Source: Mobula birostris (Eukaryota). From it: a stretch of 64,000 bases of DNA. The translations under genes and the position numbers were made by a program. Shown here piece by piece: positions 1-13,235 of this stretch. Where the stretch lies: assembly GCF_030028105.1 (NCBI RefSeq), contig NC_092370.1:86944969-87008968 (forward strand), read 5' to 3'. The notes beneath the pieces were generated by a model. That model was not told the DNA's origin and searched no databases. It was given only the letters and a program-made list of their open reading frames with translations. Numbering within the stretch: position 1 is the stretch's first letter; each line of letters starts with the position of its first letter.

Positions 1-125
1 ATTTCAACATTTAAGACAAATTTCGATAAATATTTTCTATTGATGGGAGGGGTATGGAAGGTTATGGTCTGAGTGCAGTTTGATGGAACTAGGCAGCATT
101 GAATAGACAACTATGACTCTATAAC
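1..125 (+). mobile_element. CR1 LINE 3' end fragment
   Basis: Resembles the CR1 3' ends at 3750-3910 and 22810-22965 (tttcaacatttaaga...ggtatggaaggttatggtctg). Confidence 0.55.
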
Positions 126-934
126 TATAAGGAGGAAAACTAAAAGGACACTGAACCAAATAATGAGATATTAGTGATCAAAGCAGAGTCTGAAGAATTA
201 AGAGGATAGGACAAAGAGGGTTTTATAGTATGAACCTTAGAGCCTCGGCAGCTGAAGGGAGCAACATATAAAGTGCTGGAGGAACTCAGTAGGTTAGTTT
301 GCACCTAAGGAGAGAAATGGTTCTCAACAGCTGAAGAGCTGTCACTGGTGAGGCAATAATAATTTTGGATGTCTAGAAAGCTACCATGAAATGAATCATA
401 ACGTTAATGGAGGACCTTTGGCCCATTTCTCCCATGACAACCAAAACTGGACTATAGCTGACCACTATTTGTAATTTTAAAGGCCTCTTCTTTCAACCAA
501 ATTCCATTCTTAATTTCTTTAATCAGTACTCCAGGATTACTTTGTGAAATCATTAGCAGCTCCATTCATGCGCTGATGCAGAAATAGGAATATACAGTCA
601 AAGCTGACCTCCACTGCTGAAAACTTTGCTGACTCAATGATTATACAAAAATCAATTCTTACACATTGTTCTCACAACTACTTAAAATTAAACACATATA
701 AAAGAGGTTAAATGAAAATTTAACAATCTGTAGGTGAAGTATCTCCTCATCCTGGGGGGTGGGGGGGGTGCTTCGTATGCGCAGGTGTTGCTCCTTCAGA
801 ATAATATGAAAAATTCTATTGTTTAAAAAACTTTCTTTTACTTTCTGCACTAACTTAATCCCATGTATATATCCCAGTCAGAGGCGTAGACATATAGCAT
901 GGAAGCCCTTGGTCTACCGTGTCCTTTGGCAGGA

Positions 935-1051
935 TGGGCCTGAAACGTCAACTGTACTCTTTTACCACAGATGCTGCCTGGCCTGCTGAGTTCCTCCAGC
1001 ATTTTGTGTATGTTGCTCAGATTTCCAGCATCTGCAGATCCCCTCTTGTTT
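935..1051 (+). mobile_element. Penelope-like terminal-repeat fragment with the 3' half of the hammerhead motif
   Basis: GAAACGTC followed by agatgctgcctggcctgctgagttcctccagcattttgtgt...ccagcatctgcaga, shared with the PLE termini elsewhere in the window. Confidence 0.75.
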
Positions 1052-1457
1052 CTGTTTTAAACATTGTAATTGTGCCCACTTCTCCAAATTCCTCTGGCAG
1101 CTCGTTCTACATAACCAACACTCTCCATCTAAAGAAGCTTTCCTTCAGTTCTCTTCTAAATTTTTTCCCTTTCACATTGACAATTGTGCCCTCTAGTTTT
1201 AAACTCCCCTGCCCTGGGAAAAATATTGTGACCACTAACCCTATTCATGCTCCTCATGGATTTAAGCACCTACATAATGTCACCCCTCAGCCTCCTATAC
1301 TCCAGGGAAGTTTTTATTTCAGAGATTCCTTATTTTATTTTATGGAGTATCTTCTTACCAGTTGGTTGAGAGCATTAATTAGTGTAATAACTTTAAGCCA
1401 GAAGCAAAGATCCCTCTCTCTACATCTAACAAGTAACAATAGAATGTGAATTCTTAC

Positions 1458-1830
1458 CAAACTCTATTGTCCTGCTTGATAACACTTCAGTGCTGGACAT
1501 CTGAGGCTTTAGGTGTCCAGCTTTGTAAACCTTCGGCGTACCACTCAGATTCATTTTTCCAAGTTGTGTTACTGTGAAAATGCTCTGTTGCTTCCTCCCT
1601 TAAGTCACATGCGGTGTGGAAGTTTCAGCCCCTGTCCAGCATGCTTTGTTGTTTATCTCTTCCACGTAATTCGCAAGGGAATCTCCAAGTTCCGCAGCGC
1701 ATTAAACAGCACTATCTGTAAAGGAAGAGGAGTTTCCTTCCTCTCCAGTCATGCTTGGCTGACTGCTTTGGCACATTTCAGTAAAAGATTTTCACCCTCA
1801 TTCACTTGGAGTGGGGTTCATTTGGCTTTG
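1458..1830 (-). other. Candidate exon of an unidentified transcript
   Basis: Unique sequence bounded by acceptor tttctttttaaag and donor G|gtaaga. ATG at 1554 opens MNLSGTPKVYKAGHLKPQMSSTEVLSSRTIEF up to the donor. No recognised homology. Confidence 0.3.
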
Positions 1831-2454
1831 CTTTAAAAAGAAACATCACTTACATTTACATTTGTAGCTCTGATAAAACAATTTGGCAGTGATACTTTTG
1901 TTTAGTATTTTGACCACACATCTTGCTCATACGATTTAAAGGAACAGTCAGCTTTTTGGTGAGGAAGGACATGCACTTGTGCTTTGGGCAACCTGGGAAA
2001 GTTGCACCAATCCATCATTCCCAGACGTTTTAACCCATGAAATTATTTTAAAGCCTTAAAGTGCCTGTGGTATCTCTTCTCTTCGGTTGTCCATCAAAAT
2101 CCGATGACGACGTCCACTCCTTTAACGGTGAGATCTTTGATGACTATACAGTCCTAGCCTGGACCTATGGTATCATTGTAGCAAATATCAACAGGGCAAA
2201 ATCTCACAAGAGCAAAACTGAAGGTGTGACATAAAGGGTGTTTAGATTCAGATTCATTTATTTATCATGTGCAAATTGGAACTTGCAGTGAAATGTGTCA
2301 CTTGTGTTAACAATCAACACAGCAGCAGCCAGTCAGCAATCGAGATTGATTGGCAAGAACAAATAAAATTAAAGTAGGGGCAAGTGGAGCAGCCTTTGTT
2401 GGAGTGGACAGTGTTAGAATGGTTCTTTGAGGCTTTAGCTCTTCGATGTTTGAG

Positions 2455-3912
2455 TGAGAAAATTTGGATAACACCAAGATTGGGGGTATAGTGGACAGCG
2501 AGGAAGACTATCAGAGCTTGCAGTGGGATCTGAACCAGTTGGAAAAATGTTTCAGAAGGTGCTGTACTTCAGTAGGACCAACCAGGATGGTTCATACACA
2601 GTGAACGGTAGGGTACTGAGTAGTGCGGTGAAACAAAGGGATCTGGGAATACAGATCCATAGTTCATTGAAGATGGTGTCATAGGTAGATAGGGCCATGA
2701 AGAAAGGTCTTCATAAATCAATGCATTGGCCTTCGTAAATCAACATATTGAGTACAGGAGATGGAATGTTATGTTGAAGTTGTATATCATGTTGGTGAGT
2801 CCTAATTTGGAGTATTGTGTGCAGATTTGGTCACCTACCTCAGACATCCCACTTCTCCCGGAAGTTCCGGGAGTCTCCCGCATATTAATAGTTGGCTCCC
2901 TGATGCCCGCATATTATATACAATATCAAGGAAATCAATTTTTTTGAGAGCGAGCGAGAGAAAGCAAGAGAGAGCGCGTGCGAGAGAGAGCGAAAGCAAG
3001 CGAGTGAGAGAGCGACCATGAGAGAGAGAGAGAGCGCGAGCGAGAGCGCACCATGGCAGAGTGTTCCAAAAAATATATAAAACGTACATCACCCCAGACT
3101 ACACTAAAGTGTACCCTTGCCTAATAGGGGTCAAAATAATGACAGTGTTGCTCGCTGCGCTGTTTGCAACAGTGACTTTTCTATTGCCCATGGTGGGTTA
3201 AGACTGTAAAAGATGTGTTGAGGTGAGTTTAACAGCTGTCATTTGTTCATTAGCATAGCTAACGTTATTTAAACTAGCTGGCTAGCTGCTAAGGAGCTAC
3301 TCTGTTGCAGACATCCCATCTCTCCCGGGAGTCTCCTGCAAATTGATGGTGCTACCTCCCTGAAATGAGTTTTTGCAGGGTGGGATGTCTGCCTACCTGC
3401 AGGAAAGATGTATATAAAGTTGAAAGAGTATATAGATAAAATTTACAAGGATGTTGCCAGGACTGGAGGACTTGACTTTATCAGGAAAGACCAAACTGAT
3501 TAGGACTTTATTCCTTGGAATGTAGAAGACTGAGGGGAGATTTGATAGAGGTGCACAAAATTATGAGGGCTATAGATAGGGTAAATGCAAGCAGGCTTTT
3601 TCCACTGAGGTTGGGTGGGTCTACAACTAGAGATCATGAGTTCAGGGTGAAAGGTGAAAGGTTTAAGTGGAACATGAGGGTAAACTTCTTCACTCAGAGG
3701 GTCGTGAGAGTGTGGAACGAGCTGCCAGTGCAAGTGGTGCATGCAAGCTCAGTTTCAATGTTTAAGAGAAGTTTGGATCTGTACATAGATGGCAGGGGGA
3801 TGGAGGGCTATGGTCTAGGCGCAAGTTGATGGGAGTGGGCAGTTGAAATGTTTCGGTGTGGCCTGGATGCACCAAATGGCCTGTTTCTGTGCTGTACTTT
3901 CCTATAACTCTG
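2455..3912 (+). mobile_element. CR1 LINE 3' portion, interrupted by a MITE
   Basis: Degenerate ORF2 C-terminus (MLKLY..LVSPNLEYCVQIWSP; RRLRGDLIEVHKIM; FFTQRVVRVWNELP) plus a CR1 3' UTR. Confidence 0.9.
2841..3391. mobile_element. Non-autonomous DNA transposon (MITE), 551 bp
   Basis: 12-bp TIR cagacatcccac/gtgggatgtctg and 7-bp TSD cctacct (2834-2840, 3392-3398). It splits a CR1 and has an internal GA-rich tract at 2945-3050. Confidence 0.85.
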
Positions 3913-5185
3913 ACCTAAGGATGTGCTGGAGGCACCCTGCAAGAGTCACCACACATTCTGGTGCCAACAGAGCAGGTCCATAATGTTCATCGGGGTTATA
4001 ACAGAATGAATAGAACATTCTCTTTCGTAACAAGGCAGTGATTTGTGGTGAATTGTTGTTTTATCCAACTGCAGGGCTGAAGTCCTTCAGTGGTCAGCAC
4101 TAAGATAATTTCTTAATAGAAATTAAGAACTTGAATTTGAATTTTTTTCAAATTTATAGATGAATTAAAAACCTGAGACCCTGATGAATTGTGGTGAGGA
4201 CAGTAAAAGAGTTGAAGGAGATATTGGCACTTTAATGAAATGCATGGACAAATGACAGGTGAAATTTAAGGCTGAGAAATCTTATATTTTGGAAGGAAGA
4301 ATTGGAAGGGCATTTTAAATAAGAGGGTAAATCTGAAAGAAAGGTATAAGGTAGCTATAAAATATCTGTTACAGACAGAGAGGTTGGTTGAATTGTATAC
4401 ATAACATAGCTCATTGACAGTGGAAGGTCAGGTTGAAAAGGTGAGTAATATTGGATTTTGGATAATATCACTAATAGCAAAAAGGTACAACAGCAAGGAA
4501 GTCATAATGACCATTTATAAAACATTGCTTCAACCATAACTAGATCTTAGAAATAAAAAGGGGCCAACCACTTTGCTGGGGAACGTCTAACAAACATCCA
4601 TGCAGTCAGCAGTGTGGAACAGATTGGTCGACAAATCACAGAGTCAAATAAAAAGAATAGGTTAATAGGGGATACTTACAAAATATCTAGGAGGGCAAAG
4701 AGAAGTACAAAATAGAACTGGTGTGTAAGGTTAAAGGACCATTCAGTCCTTGAACCAATATATACCAAGCTAAAGCTAAAGAACAAGCAACAATCAACAG
4801 ATCATTATATTCTTGAGCTTTTAAATTTGTTATTAAGATATAGGCATCATTGATAAGGTCCGTTGTAATTGCTCAGCTCTTGTTATGATTGATAACGTGC
4901 GTGGGCAACTTCCTACAGCTGCAGCCCAAGAAAGTCACTCACAATGCTAAACAGAAGGCACTCCTGCTAAACCTGATGGAATGAACCTTGATTTCTGTTA
5001 TTTCAAATGTAATCCTGGGCAAAAATATTTCTTTACTGGCAATGTCAGTTTCACTGCAGATCTCTTTGAAAGTGGAAGTGAAACTCAAAACAGATCCCTA
5101 GTATCAGAATTGCAGTTGTATAACTTCTTCTAAGTAACTATTTTTTATTATGCACTTAAACTATATGTCTCCATATCCTGTAGCT

Positions 5186-5500
5186 AAACACCACTGGGGG
5201 AGCTCAGTGGGTCAGGCAGCATATGTGAAAGCAAAGGGATGGTTGACATTTCAGGATAGGACCCTGCATAGTGTAGGGAAAAGACAGCTAGTGCAGAGAA
5301 GTGAGAGGGAGCTAGTTGATGGGTGGAACCAAATAACAGATGAATGATGGGCAGTTGGAACCAGATGGGAATGGAGCAATTTAGATACAGAGGCTGCTGG
5401 GTGTTGGGTGGAATCAGATGAGGGGAAAAATACTGAGGCAAATGGGTGGAGGGAGTAAGGTAAAGGCAAAGACTGGAAGGTGATTTGTGGAACCAGATAA
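5186..5500 (-). mobile_element. Old Penelope-like terminal-repeat fragment
   Basis: Diverged match to ggaactcagcaggccaggcagcat...gacgtttc...gaccct, followed by the purine-rich tract typical of this repeat. Confidence 0.5.
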
Positions 5501-8189
5501 TACTTATTAAGTTCTTTCAGCAGTTTGGTTTTCCTCCATGTTCATATCTGTAGTCTCTTGTATCTCCTATAACCAGATCATGGATGCTATGATTAGAAAT
5601 GAGGAGAAAGGTGGTCAGTCTTTGGAATTATCTACCCCGAGAGGCTTATTATTGAGTTATTTCAAAACAAAACACAGATATTAAGTAATTCAAGGGATTT
5701 GGGAATAGTGCAGAAAGATGTGGTTGAAGATCAGACATCAGAAACAACAAAATATCTGAATTTTTCCACCACATACTTCTGATAAATATCTCGGAGAAAT
5801 TACAGAAACCAGAGTCCAAAACAACTCCCAATTATTTCTCAATTACAGCAACTGTAATTATTCATATTAGTTGTCACTACAGAAAAATAATCGTATTTTC
5901 CAAGCTAGTGAATAAGATGGGGAAGCAAGGTTTCATTCTGCAGATGGTCAGCCCAGTCAGCAAGAACAGGGTGATATCATTCAGGGGAAGGAAACTTAAA
6001 CAAGTGTTTTGTAAAATTAAATAGAAACTAAAATAGCTCAAGCTGGAAATAATGATGAGTTCAATGTAGAAACTTGTTGCAATCAATATGGGATTAACCC
6101 AGAAAAATATATTGATTTAATCAGAGATTAAGAGAACATTTTTAATTGTACTTGAAAGAAATTTCTGCACAGGACTAGAAGAAGTAACCATTTCAAAATT
6201 AATATCCACTTCTACAGGAGTATTCTAATACCTTTATCAACGTAAGATATGTTTCAGCATGTCTTACACCTTTGCTTTTTTCCTTTATTTTCACCCCAAT
6301 CTGTCATTTAGCCGTTCCTGCTGGCCACTTTAATCCTTCATTTTTGGCTGCTTGTTGGGAAATTCACACTGGTGTAATTTCAATGTAATATTGTTGTAAC
6401 AGCTCTCAAATTCAATTTTAGGAAGAGTTTTTTTTTATTAGGGTTGTATGGGAAATGAGTAAGGATCTCACTCTGTCTAAAATCAGTGGCCTTGACAGCC
6501 TCTTCTGTAAAGGATTCTTTAACAGTGCAAGATCATTTACTGTTGACTTATCCCAATTTCTGACCATACAACTCCTTTTGCTGATCACTCTAGAGCTGAC
6601 AATTAAAAGGTTGCCACTCTTTGGGTACTATGCATTCTTTCAAAATACTCACATTCCATTCTGCAATTTTAACTAAATTTCCAATCTTCCCTGTTTCTCC
6701 AAAATCCATCAAATCTTCCTGCTTTAATATTCCAAGCCCTTTTTCCCACAACTAAGGTTTTGCACCTTCACAACACTTGAACAGCCAAAAATGACATGCA
6801 AAAGTAAGCTATAGGGAAAGCTGGAAATCTGAATCAAAAACAGAAAACAAAGTAAATACTCAGTTACTCGGACAGCATGTAGAGAAAGAACAGAGTTAAT
6901 GTCTCACGATAAAAGATTCTTAGGCTAAAAACAGTTCCTGATTTTCTCTCTACAGATACCGTCAAGCCCGCTCAGGAATTCAGCTTTTTCAGCTTTCGTA
7001 TCACAGATACCATCTGTGCCACAGATGGCCACACCATCCCCTCAACACCTCCCTGCATTCTCCAGAGGACTGCCTTGACTTGCCTCTCTTATCATCTCAT
7101 GTAATGGCCTTTCTCCCCTGTAACTTTGCTTCTTGTTACCTATAATTATTCCTTCATCAATAACACTTATAACTTACAGAACATAGAACAGTACTCGTTG
7201 GAAATTGTCCTTCCACCCACAACATCTGTCCCAACCATGATGACAAATTAATCTAAACTTAACTGCCTGCACCATAAGCCATAAGAGCAAAATCCAGAGT
7301 CATTAGATTTTCGCACGGTCCAGAGGACTGGAAAATTGCAAATGTCACTCCACTCTTTAAAAAGGGAGGGAGACAGAAGAAAGGAAATCATAAGCCATTT
7401 ACCTTGACTACCCTGGATTCTGTGTAATCTTTGAATTTTGAAAGAAAGCCGCAGATAAGATTGAATCCCTACACACATTGGAAAAAGACTCTTCATCAAT
7501 AAGCTAAGTTTGGTATCAACTATAGTTTTAGCTTACTGCACATATGAGTAATATTTAAAGGTGCAAAGCAGTATAATTGTGAACACATCTAAATGAGAAC
7601 TTCCTTTGAGTGAGTTGTGATTAAAGACATGGTTATAGAGGTGAATACATGAGCAGAAATTTACAGTTACAATTAAACGCTGAAGTTTTGCAATGTCATT
7701 GAGTGCAATTGTCATACTTTGCTTGATATTTTGTGGTATTTTCTACCATATAATCTTCAGTAGATTCTATTATATTCTTGTGTTGTAATATTTGTGGTGC
7801 TCATATTTTTATTATTTAATTTATGGCATTTACTCAGTCTCAATATTTTTTTAAAATCACTTTAAAGTTGTGATGCTGTAAGAGCCTTGACCAGAATTAC
7901 TCCACTTGGGTTCAGATTGGACACAGAGAACAGGTGCAAGAAACAATCACCAAAATCACTATCACCCTTAACCACTGCTTGTTCTTGTATTACACTTCAT
8001 GAGATAATCTGCAGGCAGTAATATGCTTCTAAGCCTAAAGTGACTCCTACCAGTCCCACCTCTGTACCAATCTTTGAATGGTCCTTCTTGTTAGAATTCT
8101 TAGCCAACATTCAGTTCAGGCGAAATCATAGAGAATAAAAGCCTTTCATCTTCATAGCCTCAGGGCTTTCAGGTTGCTGGCACTTTAAA

Positions 8190-8350
8190 ACCAGTTGCTC
8201 CAGGTATTTGGGACTCAACTATGGTTGGCAGCTCATCTAGGAAAGGAAAAACTCTGATCTCAAACCTCCACTGCCTTGTGGCTATACCCATTCACGGGGA
8301 AGACTTCGGGAGTAAAACCTGAGGAAATATCCAGAGCTGGAGTCGCTAAG
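8190..8350 (+). mobile_element. Probable RTE-clade LINE 5' fragment
   Basis: tctaggaaaggaaaaactctgatctcaaacctccactgccttgtggctataccc...cttcgggagtaaaacctgagg resembles RTE 5' regions as recalled. Confidence 0.45.
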
Positions 8351-9572
8351 AATTCCAGGATGAAGAAATTTTTTGTCATTAAGGAATATCTAATCGACCA
8401 TTCCTTACTTTGAGACAGTGAGTCTAGACATCCCACCCAGGGGCGATAGAGCACAACCGTGGCTGACAAGGGAAGTCAAAACTAATATAAAAACAAAAGA
8501 GAAGGCATACAACAAAGCAAAAATTCGTGGGAAGACAGGTGAATGGGAAGCTTTTAAAATCCCACAGAGAGCAATAAAAAGAATCATTAGGAGGGAAAGG
8601 AAAAATATGAAAGCAAGCTAGCAAACAATAGTAACACTTTTTTTCAAGTGTGTAAAAATAAAAGAGAGATGAGAGTAGATATAGCATCACTAGAAAATGA
8701 GGCCAGAGAAATAATAACTAGGGACAAGAAGATGGCAGATGAACTAAATGAGTATTTTGCATCAGTCTTCACTGTAGAAGACACCAGCAGTGTGCCAGGT
8801 GCTGAAGGGTGTGTGGGAAGAGAAGTGAGTGCAGTTACTAATACAAGGGAGAAGGTGCTCAAAAAGCTGAAAGACCTAAAGGTACATAAGTCACCTGGAC
8901 CAGATGAACTGCACCCTAGGGTCTGAAAGAGGTGGTGTAGAAATTGTGGAGGCATTAGTAATGATCTTTCAAAAATCATTGGACTCTGGCAAATTGCAAA
9001 TGTCACTCCACTCTTTAAGAAAGGAAGAAGACAGCAGAGAGGAAATTATAGACCAGTTAGTCTGACCCCAGTGGGAAGATGTTGGAGTCAATTGTTAAGG
9101 ATGAGGTAATGGTGTACTTGATGACACAGGACAAGACAGGACAAAGGCAAAAACTTCAGGGAAAATCTTGCCTGACAAACCTGTTGGAATTCTTTGAGGA
9201 GATTACAAATAGAATAGATAAAGGGAACGTAGTGGATATTATAAATTTGGACTTTCAGAAGGTCTTTGACAAGGTGCCACATATGAGGCTGCTTACCATG
9301 TTAAGAACCCATACTATTACGGGAAAGTTACTGGCATGATTAGAGCGTCAGCCATTTGGTAGGAGGTGGCAAGTGGGAATAAAAAGATCCTTTTCTGGTA
9401 TGCTGCCAGTGATTAGTGAAGTTCGGCAGGGGTCAGTGTTGGGACTGCTTTTTGTGCTGTGTATCAGTGATTTAGATGATGGAATAGATTGTTTTGTTGC
9501 CAAGTTTGCAGATGATACAAAGATTGGTGGAGGAGCAGGTAGTGTTGAGGAAACAGGTAGGATGTGGAAGGA

Positions 9573-12083
9573 TGCAAACACGAGGAATTCTGCAGATGCT
9601 GGAAATTCAAGCAACACACATCATAGTTGCTGGTGAACAGGCAGCATCTCTAGGAAGAGGTACAGTCCACGTTCAGGCTGAGACCCTTTGTCAGGACTAA
9701 CTGAAGGAAGAGCTAGTAAGAGATTTGAAAGTGGGAGGGGGAGGGGGGAATCCAAAATGACAGGAGAAGACAGGAGGGGGAGGGATGGAGCCAAGAGCTG
9801 GATAGGTGATTGGCAAAAGGAATATGAGAGGATCATGGGACAGGAGGCCCAGGGAGAAGGAAAATGGAGGGGGGGATCCCAGAGGATGGGTAAGGGGCAT
9901 AGTCAGAGGGACAGAGGGAGAAAAGGAGAGTGAGAGAAAGAATGTGTGTATATAACTAAATAACAAATGGGGTACGAGGGGAGGTGGGGCATTAGCGGAA
10001 GTTAGAGAAGTCAATTGTCTCCCACACCATCACCCAATTTATCCGCTCAGGGGATCTTCCATCCACTGCTACCAACCTTATAGTTCCCACACCACGCACT
10101 TCCCATTTCTACCTCCTACCCAAGAGCCACAAACCTGCCTGTCCTGGCAGACCTATTGTCTCAGCTTGCTCCTGCCCCGCCGAACTCATTTCTGCATACC
10201 TCGACACGGTTTTATCTCCCCTTGTTCAATCCCTTCCTACCTATGTTGGTGACACTTCTCACGCCCTTAAACTTTTCGATGATTTTAAATTCCCTGGCCC
10301 CCATTGCTTTATTTTTACCATGGATGTCCAGTCCCTATATACTTCCATCCCCCATCAGGAAGGTCTCAAAGCTCTCCGCTTCTTTTTGGATTCCAGACCT
10401 AATCAGTTACCCTCTACCACCACTCTGCTCCATCTAGCGGAATTAGTCCTTACTCTTAATAATTTCTCCTTTGGCTCCTCCCACTTCCTCCAAACTAAAA
10501 GTGTAGCTATGGGCACCCGTATGGGTCCCAGCTATACCTGCCTTTTTGTTGGCTTTGTGGAACAATCTATGTTCCGTGCCTATTCTGGTATCTGCCCCCC
10601 ACTTTTCCTTCGCTACATCGACGACTGCATTGACGCTGCTTCCTGCACGCATGCTGAGCTCGTTGACTTCATTAACTTTGCCTCCAACTTTCACCTTGCC
10701 GTCAACTTTACCTGGTCCATTTCCGACACCTCCCTCCCCTTTCTAGATCGTTCTGTCTCTATCTCTGGAGACAGCTTATCTACTGATGTCTACTATAAGC
10801 CTACTGACTCTCATAGCTATCTGGACTATTCCTCTTCTCACCCTGTCTCTTGCAAAAATGCCATCCCCTTCTCGCAATTCCTCCATCTCCACCACATCTG
10901 CTCTCAGGATGAGGCTTCTCATTCCAGGACGAGGGAGGTCCTCCTTTTTTAAAGAAAGGGGCTCCCCTTCCTCCACCATCAACTCTGCTCTCAAATGCAT
11001 CTCCCCCATTTCACGCACATCTGCTCTCACTCCACTTTCCCGTCACCCCACTAGGAATAGGGTTCCCCTGGTCCTCACCTACCACCCCACCAGCCTCCGG
11101 GTCCAACATATTATTCTCCATAAATTCCGTCACCGCCAACGGGATCCCACCACTAAGCACATCTTTCCCTCGCCCCCTCTTTCTGCTGTCCGCAGGGATC
11201 GCTCTCAACATGACTCCCTTGTCCATTCATCCCCCCCATCCCTCCCCACTGATCTCCCTCCTGGCACTTATCCGTGTAAGCGGAACAAGTGCTACACATG
11301 CTCTTATACTTCCTCCCTTACCACCATTCAGGGCCCCAGACAAGTCCTTCCAGGTGAGGCGACACTTCACCTGTGAGTCGGCTGGGGTGATATACTGTGT
11401 CCGGTGCTCCCGATGTGGCCTTCTATATATTGGCGAGACCTGACACAGATTGGGAGACCACTTTGCTGAACACCTACGCTCTGTCCGTCAGAGAAAGCAG
11501 GACCTCCCAGTGGCCACACATTTTAATTCCACATCCCATTCCCATTCTGATATGTCTATCCACAGCCTCCTCTACTGTAAAGATGAAGCTACACTCAGGT
11601 TGGAGGAACAACACCTTATATTCTGTCTGGGTAGCCTCCAACCTGATGGCATGAACATTGACTTCTCTAACTTCCGCTAATGCCCCACCTCCCCCTCGTA
11701 CCCCATCCGTTATTTATTTATATACACACATTCTTTCTCTCTCTCTCCTTTTTCTCCCTCTGACCCTCTGACTATACCCCTTGCCCATCCTCTGGGTTTC
11801 CCCCCCCCCACCCACCCCGCTTTCCTTCTCCCTGGGCCTCCTGTCCCATGATCCTCTCATATCCCTTTTGCCAATCACCTGTCCAGCTCTTGGCTCCATC
11901 CCTCCCCCTCCTGTCTTCTCCTATCATTTTGAATCTCCCCTCCCCCTCCCACTTTCAAATCTCTTACTAGCTCTTCCTTCAGTTAGTCCTGACGAAGGGT
12001 CTCAGCCTGTAACGTCGACTGTACCTCTTCCTAGAGATGCTGCCTGGAATGCTGCATTCACCAGCAACTTTGATGTGTGTTGC
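9573..12083 (+). mobile_element. Penelope-like element (Neptune-type) with an inverted 5' pseudo-LTR
   Basis: RT motifs MDVQSLYTSIP, AMGTRMGPSY, LRYIDD; Cys linker CKRNKCYTC; GIY-YIG GVIYCVRCSRCGLLYIGET. 9611-10015 is an inverted copy of 11657-12083. TSD taggatgtggaagga/taggatgcagaagga (9558-9572, 12084-12098). Frameshifted. Confidence 0.95.
11985..12020 (+). ncRNA. Minimal hammerhead ribozyme motif, mutated (GAAA->GTAA)
   Basis: agtc-CTGACGA-agggtctcagcct-GTAA-cg-TC-gact within the PLE terminal repeat. Confidence 0.6.
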
Positions 12084-12952
12084 TAGGATGCAGAAGGACT
12101 TAGACAGATTAGGAGAATGGGCAAGAAAGTGGCAAATGAAATATAATGTTGGAAAATGCATGGTCATGCACTTTGGTAGAAGAAATAAAAGTACGGACTA
12201 TTTTCTAAGTGAGGAGAAAATTCAAAAATCTGAGATGCGAAAGGACTTAGAAGTCCTTGTGCAGAACACCCTACAGGTTAACTTGCAGGTTGAGTCTATG
12301 GTGAGGAAGGCAAATGCAATGGTCCCATTGATTTCAAGAGGTCTAGTATACAAGAGCAAGGATGTGATGCTGAGGCTTTATAAAGCACTAGTGAGGTGTC
12401 ATCTTGAGTATTGTGAATAGTTTTGGGCTCTTCATCTAAGAAAAGATGTGTTGGCATTGGAGAAGGTTCAGAGGAGTTTCACAAGGATGAATCTGGGAAT
12501 GAAAGGGTTATCATACGAGGAATGTTTAATAGCTCTGGGTCTGCACTCGCTGGAATTTAGGAGGATTGGGGGGTGGGGGCGGAGTTTCATTGAAAACTTT
12601 TGAATGTTGAAAGGCCTAGACAGAATAGACGTGGAAAGGATGTCCAGGACAAGAGAGCACAGCCTCAGAGTAGAGAGGTGTCCATTTAAAACAGAGATGC
12701 AGGGAAATTTCTTTAGCCAGAGGGTGGTGAATTTGCAGAATTTATTACCACAGGCAGCCATGGAGCCCAGCTTGTTGGGTGTATCTAAGACAGAGCTTGA
12801 TAGGTTCTTGATTGGACTTGGCATCAAAGGTTACGGGAAGAAGGCCAGGGAATGGGGCTGAGGAGGGGAATGGTGGTTCAGCCATGTCTGAATGGCGGAG
12901 CAGACTCGACAGGACAAATGGCCTAACTCTGCTCCTATGTGTCGTGGTCTAA

Positions 12953-13235
12953 TATCAAAAGTTCAAAGTCCAAAATTCAAAGTAAATTTATTGTCAAAGT
13001 ACATACTGTATTATGTCACCATATACAACCCTGAGATTCACTTTATTCAGGGCATTCACAGTAAATATAAGAAACACAATAGAATCAAATGAAAGGCCGC
13101 CCCCCCCGCCCCCCCAGAGGTTGGACAAACTATCATTGTGCAAAAGATTGCAAACTACAAATACAAAAAGAAAATAAATAATAATTATAATGAATAAATA
13201 TCGAGAACATGAGATGAAGAGTCCTTGAAAGTGAG
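12953..13235 (-). mobile_element. Non-LTR retroelement 3' tail (L2/Rex-like)
   Basis: Reverse strand reads aataaatttactttgaa...tttgaactttga. Similar tails at 45785-45900 (-) and 57610-57640 (+). Confidence 0.5.

Larger units (their letters stand above)
8420..12950 (+). mobile_element. CR1 LINE, 5'-truncated and degenerate, split by a PLE at 9573-12083
   Basis: ORF2 pieces PWLTREVK, LNEYFASVFT, KSPGPDELHPRV, KSCLTNLLEFFE, DFQKVFDKVPH, VRQGSVLG, KFADDTK. It resumes at 12084 (MQKDLDRLGEWARKWQM) and runs to the 3' UTR. Confidence 0.95.

Noticed and set aside
919-1836. 176-aa and 107-aa plus-strand ORFs, or SPIRE1 3' exons
   Set aside because: The first is made of PLE and antisense CR1 sequence. 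Neither resembles SPIRE1 or any protein I recognise.
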